From the NCBI GenBank assembly GCA_036336835.1, contig JAYZFK010000010.1, positions 1 to 11,759 of the forward strand: 11,759 bases of DNA, read 5' to 3'. The position numbers and the translations under genes were made by a program. The DNA is from Myxococcota bacterium. GTDB lineage: Bacteria; Myxococcota_A; UBA9160; UBA4427. Shown here one piece after another: positions 1 to 6,434 of the stretch. Every line of letters begins with the position of its first letter. The stretch's first letter is position 1. A model generated the notes under the pieces. The model saw only the letters and a list, made by a program, of their open reading frames with translations. It did no database searches and had not been told where the DNA came from.

Positions 1-1
1 G

Positions 2-901
2 TTCGGCGGCGCCGGCATGGACTGGCTCGAGCTCGCACTGGTCGGCGAGGTGCTCGGCAGCTTCGGACTGCCCGTGCCCTTGCTCGGCCATGCGCTGGCG
101 GCGTACGCGATCGAGCACGGCGGCAGCCCCGAGCAGAAGCAACGCTGGCTACCGGCGCTCGCGAGCGGGGAGACGATCGGTGCGGTGGCGCTCGCCGAGG
201 AGGGCGATCGCTGGGAGCCGGAGAGCTGGTCGGCGGTTGCCTGCCGCGACGGTGAACTCTCCGGGTGCAAGCGCTTCGCGACCGATGTCGACAGCGCGGG
301 CCTGTTCGTAGTCGGCACGGCCGGTGGCGAGCTGGCCGTGGTCGAGCGCGGCGCGCCGGGTCTCGAGACCCGGCGCGTGAGCGCGATCGATCACACGCGC
401 CAGGTCGGCGACCTGGTGCTCGATGCGACGCCCGGCGAGCGGGTCGGCGGCGTCGAGCTGGCGCGACGCGTGCGCGACGGCGCGCTGGTGCTGCTGGCCG
501 CCGACGCATTCGGTGCCGCGTCGAAGCTGGTGGCGATCACTGTCGAGTACGCGAGCACGCGCCGACAGTTCGGACAGGAGATCGCGCAGTTCCAGGCGGT
601 GAAGCACCAGCTCGCCGACATGGCGACCCAGATCGAGTGCGCGCGCGGACTGTTCTGGTACGCCGCACATGCCTTCGATCACATCGAGAGCGAGTCGATG
701 CGCACCGCGGCGATCGCCAAGGCGCATCTGACCGACGTCGCCGCCGCGATCGGTCGGGAGAGCGTCGAGCTGCACGGCGGCCTCGGTTTCACCTGGGAGT
801 GCGACGTCCACATCCACAAGAAGCGCGTGATGTTCGACCGCGCATTCCTCGGGACGCCCGAGCATCACCGCCGGCGCATCGCGCGGCAGGAGGGCTGGTA
901 G
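2..901 (+). CDS. Acyl-CoA dehydrogenase family protein, probable non-catalytic subunit of a heteromeric ACAD (FadE27/FadE28-like); 5'-truncated by window edge
   Basis: The frame is open from base 2 (FGGAGMDWLELALV..., the typical 'xGGxG' ACAD N-terminal segment), so the Met at 17 is internal. ACAD motifs: EQKQRWLPALASGETIG, RRQFGQEIAQFQAVKHQLADM, LHGGLGFTWE. It lacks the C-terminal IxxGT/SxEI motif. Stop TAG at 899-901. Confidence 0.92.
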   Translation, partial: FGGAGMDWLELALVGEVLGSFGLPVPLLGHALAAYAIEHGGSPEQKQRWLPALASGETIGAVALAEEGDRWEPESWSAVACRDGELSGCKRFATDVDSAGLFVVGTAGGELAVVERGAPGLETRRVSAIDHTRQVGDLVLDATPGERVGGVELARRVRDGALVLLAADAFGAASKLVAITVEYASTRRQFGQEIAQFQAVKHQLADMATQIECARGLFWYAAHAFDHIESESMRTAAIAKAHLTDVAAAIGRESVELHGGLGFTWECDVHIHKKRVMFDRAFLGTPEHHRRRIARQEGW

Positions 902-903
902 CC

Positions 904-2109
904 ATGGATCTCCAGTACGGAGTCCAGTACGAGGACTACCGCCGTGAGCTGCACGAGTTCCTGCGCAGCTGGCCGCCGACCGGCTCCGAGGCGGAGCTGC
1001 CGCCCGAAGACCAGGAGCGCTGGTTTCGGCAGCAGGCGGTCGATCGCGGCTATGTCTATCGCGACATTCCGAAGCAGTACGGCGGCTCCGAGCAGGAGAG
1101 CGACCCGCTCAAGGAGCGGATCATCCTCGAGGAGCTCTCACGCACGAAGGTGCCGTTGCGGGTGATGTCCCAAGGGCCGGCGATGCTCGTGCCGACGCTG
1201 CTCGAGTTCGGCAGCGAGGAGCAGCGCGAGAAGTACATCCGCCCGACCTTGGAGGGCGAGATCCTCTGGTGCCAGGGATACAGCGAGCCGGGCTCGGGCA
1301 GCGATCTGGCCTCGTTGCAGTGCCGAGCGGAGCTGCAGGGCGACGAGTTCGTCATCACCGGCCAGAAGATCTGGACGAGTGGCGCGGCCCAGTGTCAGAT
1401 GATGTTTGGCCTGTTTCGCAGCGAGCCCGAGGCGTCCAAGCACGCGGGCATCTCGTACCTGTTGGTGCCGATGGAGCAGCCCGGGATCGAGGTCCGGCCG
1501 CTCAAACAGTTGACGGGTAGCGACGAGTTCAACGAGGTGTTCTTCGACGGCGCGCGTACGCACATCTCGAATCTGGTGGGCAAGCGAGGCGAGGGCTGGC
1601 AGGTCTCGCGCGCCACCCTCAAGCACGAGCGCAAGCTGATCGGCAACCCGCGTCTGATGATGACGCAGTTCGAGCTGCTGGTGGCACTGGCCAGGAAGGT
1701 CGAACGGGACGGCCGTCCCGCGATCGAGGATCCGGCCGTCCAGCTCACCATTGCGGAGGTCGAAGGCTACGTGCGAGCGGTCGAGACCTGCAACATGCGC
1801 ATGCTGTCTGCCGAGCTGCACGGCGAGTTCGCAAAGGTCATGCAGCCGATGATGATGATCAAGCTGTACGCGACCAAGGCATCCGAGAAGATCGCGCAGG
1901 CCGCCTACGATCTGGCCGGAGGTGACGGGCTGCTCGACATCGAGGCGCCCGAGATGGGGATGTGGGCGACGACGAGCGACGAGCAGGCCGCCGTCCACAA
2001 CTACCTCTTCTCGAAGGGCCCCTCGATCGCCGGCGGCGCCAGCAACATCCAGCGCAACATCATCGGCGAGCGACTCCTGGGGCTCCCGCGAGACCTCCGG
2101 AAGACCTAG
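904..2109 (+). CDS. Acyl-CoA dehydrogenase, probable catalytic subunit (FadE17/FadE26/FadE29-like), 401 aa
   Basis: The real start is the ATG at 904, 2 bp after the upstream TAG; the 265 start in the ORF track is a shadow extension. Motifs: WCQGYSEPGSGSDLASL, ITGQKIWTS, FNEVFFDG, GEGWQVSRATLKHER (helix-G Glu), SIAGGASNIQRNIIGERLLGLPR. Confidence 0.95.
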   Translation: MDLQYGVQYEDYRRELHEFLRSWPPTGSEAELPPEDQERWFRQQAVDRGYVYRDIPKQYGGSEQESDPLKERIILEELSRTKVPLRVMSQGPAMLVPTLLEFGSEEQREKYIRPTLEGEILWCQGYSEPGSGSDLASLQCRAELQGDEFVITGQKIWTSGAAQCQMMFGLFRSEPEASKHAGISYLLVPMEQPGIEVRPLKQLTGSDEFNEVFFDGARTHISNLVGKRGEGWQVSRATLKHERKLIGNPRLMMTQFELLVALARKVERDGRPAIEDPAVQLTIAEVEGYVRAVETCNMRMLSAELHGEFAKVMQPMMMIKLYATKASEKIAQAAYDLAGGDGLLDIEAPEMGMWATTSDEQAAVHNYLFSKGPSIAGGASNIQRNIIGERLLGLPRDLRKT

Positions 2110-2152
2110 GACGGCGGGCGGAGCGAGCGAGGTCCCGTGCGCCCGCGGGTCG

Positions 2153-2650
2153 CTAGGACTCGCGCCGCGGGTCGATGCGCAGCAGCACGAGCGTCGGGCG
2201 CTCTGCCTCGGGCTGATCGAGCATCTGCTGCCAGAATGGATACTTGGCGGCGAACGCGCCGAGCACGCCGGCGCGTTCGGCCGGGTCGGTCACCAGCTCG
2301 GCACGGCCCTCGTAGAGCTTGCCGGCGATGCCGACGCGCACGCGTGGATCGCGCGCCACGTTGCGGTTCCAGCGCCGATGGTCGGGGAACTCGCCGCCCT
2401 CGAAGTAGACCGAGGGGACGTAGAGGGCGCCGGCGTGGCTCGCGCACACGGTGGTGACCGAGTGCGGCACGCCGAAGCCGCTGCGCGTCTCGACGAAGAT
2501 CTCGGGAATCTCGGAGGTGAAGCTCCAGCCCGCGGCGGGCCGCGTTGTGAGCTCACCCGACAGCCAGGTGCCGGGCCGCCGGCCGTGGGGCGAGCAGGCG
2601 ATCGCGGCGCATAGACCGATACCGACCAGGAGGCGGGCGAGTGTTCTCAC
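2153..2650 (-). CDS. Putative lipoprotein with split beta-barrel flavin/deazaflavin oxidoreductase-like fold (nitroreductase/F420H2-dependent reductase/DUF2255-like)
   Basis: The GTG start overlaps the upstream TGA (GTGA at 2647-2650). The N-terminus MRTLARLLVGIGLCAAIAC has a basic n-region, a hydrophobic h-region and a lipobox-like AIAC. The body contains ETRSG...PHSVTT...ALYV...WNRNVARDPRVRV...GRAELVTDPAER...FAAKY, resembling the W-x-x-N-x-x-x-x-P-x-V pattern of FDOR-type split barrels. Confidence 0.7.
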   Translation of the reverse strand: MRTLARLLVGIGLCAAIACSPHGRRPGTWLSGELTTRPAAGWSFTSEIPEIFVETRSGFGVPHSVTTVCASHAGALYVPSVYFEGGEFPDHRRWNRNVARDPRVRVGIAGKLYEGRAELVTDPAERAGVLGAFAAKYPFWQQMLDQPEAERPTLVLLRIDPRRES

Positions 2651-3135
2651 GACGGTGCGAGCATCGCCCGGGCGGCGTCCCGGCGCCAGAACTCGACGTG
2701 GAACGCCACCTCGCCGAGTGGCCGGACCTGGTGCGGTACCTCCGGCAGGATCGCCGCCGGGGCTGGCGGGCGGACGATCTCACAGCTCGGTGTGGGCTCG
2801 TGCACCGTGTACTCGAGCTCACCGCGGGCGACGTGGATCAGTGCCCAGATGCCCGGCTTCGTCTGGTGGCGCGCGAGCAGGGCCGCCGGCACGCTCGCTT
2901 CGTCGAACTCGGGGGTTCGCCGGTACGGTGCATGACCATCCGGCAGCTCGCGCCGGTCGCAGCGCACGCAGTCGAGCGGGGTCCCGAGCCGTGCGCTGCG
3001 CTCGGCTTCGACGAGCACCCACTCGCGCTCGACGAAGGGCGGCGCGTGGCGCGTGTGCTGGCGGTGCCCACACGAGAGATCGGCGACCCACTGCTGCTCG
3101 TCGTCGAGCTCGAATCCCGCGATGGCGCGCTGCAT
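2647..3135 (-). CDS. DUF3565 + DUF1971 (YeaR / TehB N-terminal cupin-like) fusion protein
   Basis: The N-terminal ~60 aa, IAGFELDDEQQWVADLSCGHRQHTRHAPPF...W...R...LGTPLDCVRCD, match the DUF3565 pattern. The C-terminal part, PYRRTPEFDEASVPAALLARHQTKPGIWALIHVARGELEY...ILPEVPHQVRPLGEVAFHVEFWR, matches the YeaR/DUF1971 pattern. ATG preceded by GAAGGGG. Confidence 0.85.
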   Translation of the reverse strand: MQRAIAGFELDDEQQWVADLSCGHRQHTRHAPPFVEREWVLVEAERSARLGTPLDCVRCDRRELPDGHAPYRRTPEFDEASVPAALLARHQTKPGIWALIHVARGELEYTVHEPTPSCEIVRPPAPAAILPEVPHQVRPLGEVAFHVEFWRRDAARAMLAPS

Positions 3136-3181
3136 GCGCCCCTTCAGGCAGCTTCTGGCCGGGCGCCGTCGAGCGGTGCTC

Positions 3182-5371
3182 TCACGGCTCGTTGCCCGAG
3201 TAGGGCCGGACGTTGACCGGAATCGCGCTCATGCGCGGGATGCCCGTGTACGGGTCGTAGTCGCGCTCGACACTCGTCAGGCGTCCGGTGTTGCTGCCGA
3301 TCTCGCGCACGCGCGCATCGTTGTCGTCGCCCGGTGCGTCTCCGAAGGCGTGGGGCATCGAGATGACGCCGGTTCGCAGGTTCGCCTCCGCCTCCGCCAC
3401 GCCGTGGATTGTGCTGTGGTCCGACTCGATCGTGATCAACTCGCCCGGTGCCACGCCGAGCGACGCGAGGTCGTCCGGATGCATGAAGGCCGGGTTGTAG
3501 CGGTACTTGCGCACCAGCTTCGGGATGTCGCGACCCGCGCTGTTGTGTACGTCGAGCAGACGCCGGGACACCAGCCGGTGGCTGTACTCGGTCTGGCGCT
3601 CGGTCGGCTCGGCGGCGACCGCCGCGAGCTCCGCCAGCATGATCTCGTTCGCCAGGTCGAGCTTCGCGGTGCAGCTCGGGTCCTTTGGCTGCACGATGCT
3701 CGGCGGGTCGGGGAAGACCGCCCCGTGCGGATGGCGCTTGACCTCGGCGAGAGGGATGCGCGAGCCCGCTGCGAGCATCTCGAACAGCTCGTCGGTCGTC
3801 GGCGGGCTCTGCATGTCGAGCTCGTTGCGCGCGGGCGTCTCGATGTCCGGGCCCCACGAGTAGGCGGACTCGATGGTGAGCGGCAGTCCCATGCGCTGGG
3901 CGAGGCCGTAGAAGAACTTCCACTCCTCGATCAGGTCCGAGCCCTCGGGCGGATCGACGATCTTGGGCGTGTACTGGGCGTACGGCACCAGGTAGCCCAT
4001 GGCGTAGGGGACTAGCGTCTCGGAAGGCAGCGACATGCCCGGCTGCTCGAGCGAGAGCGGCGGCGCGATCACGTAGTCGGCGAGCTTTGCGGTCGCCGAC
4101 AGCTTGATGTCGAACGACACCAGCAGCTCGAGCGCCTTCATCGCGGCGTGCGTCTTCAACTGATCCGGCCAGGCGGCCATCGGGTTGCCGCCAATACAGA
4201 AGAGCGCCTTCACCTGCCCGTCGCCTTCGAGCAGGATCTCGTCCGCCAGCGCTGCGGTCGGCAGGCCCGCCGCCGTATTGCTGAAGCCGCGTACGCGCAG
4301 CTTCTCGCCGAAGCCCCAGGCGGGGCCGGGAGCGATCGGCTGGGCGCGGGCCGTCACGGCGGGCAGCAGTGCTCCCGGATTCGGGAGCGTCTCGCCCTCG
4401 CGCATGTAGCGACCGCACAGCGTGGTCAGGCACAGCAGCAGGTACTCGGTCAGGTTGCCGCGCGGCGACATGTTGGGACCGGTGCCGGCGTTGGCGCCGC
4501 CGCGCTCGGCACCCGCCCAGGTGCGCGCCGCCAGCACGAGCTGATCGCGCGGGATGTCGGCGCGCCGCTCGACGTACTCCGGAGTGAACGGCTCGACCTG
4601 CTTGCGCAGCGCGTCGTAGCCGACGGCGTTCTCGGCGACGAACTGCGCATCGCCGAGCCCCTCGTCGAGGATCAAGCGCAGCATGCCCGCCAGGATCGTC
4701 GGGTCTTCGCCGGGCCGGGGCTGCAAGTGGACCGCGGCCTGCTTGGCGGCCTCGCTGCGGCGCGGGTCGATCACGACGAGCTTCATGCCCCGCTTGACGG
4801 CGTCGTTCAGATACCAGGCCGGGTTGTAGCTGGGGATGCCGATCGACTTCGACACGGTCGGGTTGGCGCCGACCAGCAGCCAGGTGTCGGCGCCCGTGAA
4901 GGGCTGGGCGCCCGCGGCCCAGGCTCCGTGCAGCCGCGGCGCGATCATCTTGCCGGGTTGATCGATCGTCGCGCTGGTGAAGCGCATGTTCGACCCGATC
5001 GCATCGAACCAGGCGTTGGCCAGAGGGGTGGCCGCCGGGTAGGGAAACGAGAAGGTGCCGGTGTACATCGCGATCGAGCGCGGGCCGTGGCGGTCGAGGA
5101 TCTGCTGAACCCGCGCGGCGACCTCGTCGACCGCCTGCTGCGAGCCGATCGCGGCGTGGCTGCCGTCGGCGCGGCGCCGCTGCGAGTGGAGCAGCCGCTC
5201 GGGGTGCGCGTGCTGCTCGGGGAGCGCTCTGCCCTTGGGGCAGATGTATCCGTGGTAGATCGGGTTGGCCTTGTCGCCCACGGTGCGGACGGCACGTCCG
5301 TCTTCGACGTCGACCAGGATCGGGCACGATGCGTGGCAGAAGCGGCAGATCGAGGTGTGTGTCTCGGTCAC
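3182..5371 (-). CDS. Molybdopterin (bis-MGD) oxidoreductase, DMSO-reductase superfamily, with N-terminal [4Fe-4S] cluster; cytoplasmic, substrate unknown
   Basis: N-terminal CRFCHASC...ICPKG (CxxCxxxC...C-x-K). Also PERLLHS, LLVGANPTVS, KLVVIDPRRSEAA, PRPGED, GGNP, SATAKLADYVI, and the C-terminal molydopterin-dinucleotide domain AFMHPDDLASLGVAPGELITIES...GVISMPHAFG. No twin-arginine signal. GTG start with GAGGGG upstream. Confidence 0.95.
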   Translation of the reverse strand: MTETHTSICRFCHASCPILVDVEDGRAVRTVGDKANPIYHGYICPKGRALPEQHAHPERLLHSQRRRADGSHAAIGSQQAVDEVAARVQQILDRHGPRSIAMYTGTFSFPYPAATPLANAWFDAIGSNMRFTSATIDQPGKMIAPRLHGAWAAGAQPFTGADTWLLVGANPTVSKSIGIPSYNPAWYLNDAVKRGMKLVVIDPRRSEAAKQAAVHLQPRPGEDPTILAGMLRLILDEGLGDAQFVAENAVGYDALRKQVEPFTPEYVERRADIPRDQLVLAARTWAGAERGGANAGTGPNMSPRGNLTEYLLLCLTTLCGRYMREGETLPNPGALLPAVTARAQPIAPGPAWGFGEKLRVRGFSNTAAGLPTAALADEILLEGDGQVKALFCIGGNPMAAWPDQLKTHAAMKALELLVSFDIKLSATAKLADYVIAPPLSLEQPGMSLPSETLVPYAMGYLVPYAQYTPKIVDPPEGSDLIEEWKFFYGLAQRMGLPLTIESAYSWGPDIETPARNELDMQSPPTTDELFEMLAAGSRIPLAEVKRHPHGAVFPDPPSIVQPKDPSCTAKLDLANEIMLAELAAVAAEPTERQTEYSHRLVSRRLLDVHNSAGRDIPKLVRKYRYNPAFMHPDDLASLGVAPGELITIESDHSTIHGVAEAEANLRTGVISMPHAFGDAPGDDNDARVREIGSNTGRLTSVERDYDPYTGIPRMSAIPVNVRPYSGNEP

Positions 5372-5418
5372 GAGAGGTCCCCTCGGCGGCTCGAACGGGT
5401 CATGCCGCGTTGGGAGTC

Positions 5419-5424
5419 ATCATA
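5419..5424 (-). promoter_or_regulatory. Possible sigma70-type -10 hexamer (TATGAT) for the molybdoenzyme gene
   Basis: TATGAT on the - strand in an otherwise very GC-rich 148-bp intergenic gap, about 48 bp upstream of the GTG. No convincing -35 element. Confidence 0.3.
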
Positions 5425-5519
5425 TCCCGCTCTTGCCTGCTGCGGGCGTCTGACTCGTCGAGGTCGGTTCCCGAAGACACCTGGAGCCTCGTCGAGGACT
5501 GGCCGGGACGAGCCGGGTG

Positions 5520-6416
5520 CTACGGCACGCCGGCGAGCATCTCGCGGACGAAGGCCTCCGCTCCGCCGGGGGCAAAGCCGGGACAGTAGGTCGCCCGGGT
5601 GCCGGGCAGGTCGCTGCCGAGCTCGAGCCAGGGCGTGCCCTCGGGGCTCGCTCCGATCCGCCAGCCGCGCTGCTCGCGAACGAACAGCTCGGGTTGGGTG
5701 AGGTAGGCCAGCGCAGCCGAGTCCCAGGGGTGAAACCCCGCCTCGCTCGGGAACACTCCCTGCCACCAGGTGAGCCAGGGCAGAGCGCCGTCGACGATGG
5801 CGTCGGCCACGCGGCTGCGGCCGCGCAGCGACTCGATCTGCTCGCGCGTGACGACGACCTGGCTCGTCAGCTCGAAGCCGGTCAGTGCGACCTGGACGTC
5901 CGACTCCATCAGCATGCGCGCCGCGTGGGGATCGCACTCGAAGTTGAAATCGGGAACGCCCTTCGCTCCGTTCAGCTCGAAGATCTGGCCGACGCTGCGT
6001 CCGGCGACGACCACGACCTGCTCGATCCGCGTGGCTTCGTCGGGGAAGTGCTGGATCAGGGCCGCGACGTTGGTGAGCGGCCCGATGGCAACGATCGAGA
6101 GCGGAGCCTCGTGCAACGCCTCGGCCATGGCGACCGCGGCGGCGTTGCGCGGGAAGCCGGCGTCGGGGCTGCCCGCCGCGGCGGCGCCCTCGACCACGCC
6201 GACGTTTGCGCGTGTCAGCCGCACCAGCTCGCTGGCGACGCGGAAGCCCACGTCGGCCGGCGAGTTGCCAAAGACGCTAGAGATGCCCGCAACCAGGACG
6301 TGCTCGTCGCCGATCGCCTCGGCGATGGCAAACGCGTCGTCGACGTCCTTGGGATTGTCGTTCTCCGCGTAGCCGAGCGCCGGGTCGGTGTCGATCCAGA
6401 TACGCAGGCTGCTCAT
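5520..6416 (-). CDS. Nucleoside hydrolase (IU-NH/Rih family, Ca2+-dependent), atypical active site
   Basis: IWIDTDP...DVDDAFAI (split DxDxxxDD motif), SVFGNS, AIGPLTNVA, DFNFECDPHAARML, FHPWDSAAL. 298 aa, a typical size for the family. Confidence 0.92.
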   Translation of the reverse strand: MSSLRIWIDTDPALGYAENDNPKDVDDAFAIAEAIGDEHVLVAGISSVFGNSPADVGFRVASELVRLTRANVGVVEGAAAAGSPDAGFPRNAAAVAMAEALHEAPLSIVAIGPLTNVAALIQHFPDEATRIEQVVVVAGRSVGQIFELNGAKGVPDFNFECDPHAARMLMESDVQVALTGFELTSQVVVTREQIESLRGRSRVADAIVDGALPWLTWWQGVFPSEAGFHPWDSAALAYLTQPELFVREQRGWRIGASPEGTPWLELGSDLPGTRATYCPGFAPGGAEAFVREMLAGVP

Positions 6417-6434
6417 GGGGTCTGGCTCATTGGA

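Noticed and set aside
265..903. N-terminal extension of the second ACAD (614-aa ORF)
   Set aside because: Off-frame overlap with the first ACAD. ACAD homology begins at the ATG at 904.
911..931. Short direct repeat TCCAGTACG x2
   Set aside because: In-frame coding repeat (QYGVQY) with only two copies; not an array.
2114..2146. Inverted repeat GCGGGCG/CGCCCGC between the convergent genes
   Set aside because: Only a 7-bp stem with a 19-nt loop and no U-tract on either strand, which is not enough to call a terminator.
3144..5327. 727-aa alternative-frame ORF overlapping the molybdoenzyme
   Set aside because: Arg/Ala/Pro/Gly-rich low-information translation typical of an off-frame read of GC-rich coding sequence.
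5372..5519. Moco riboswitch or ModE box upstream of the molybdoenzyme
   Set aside because: No AT-rich TATAT-N7-TAYAT ModE pattern and no recognisable Moco RNA consensus by eye.
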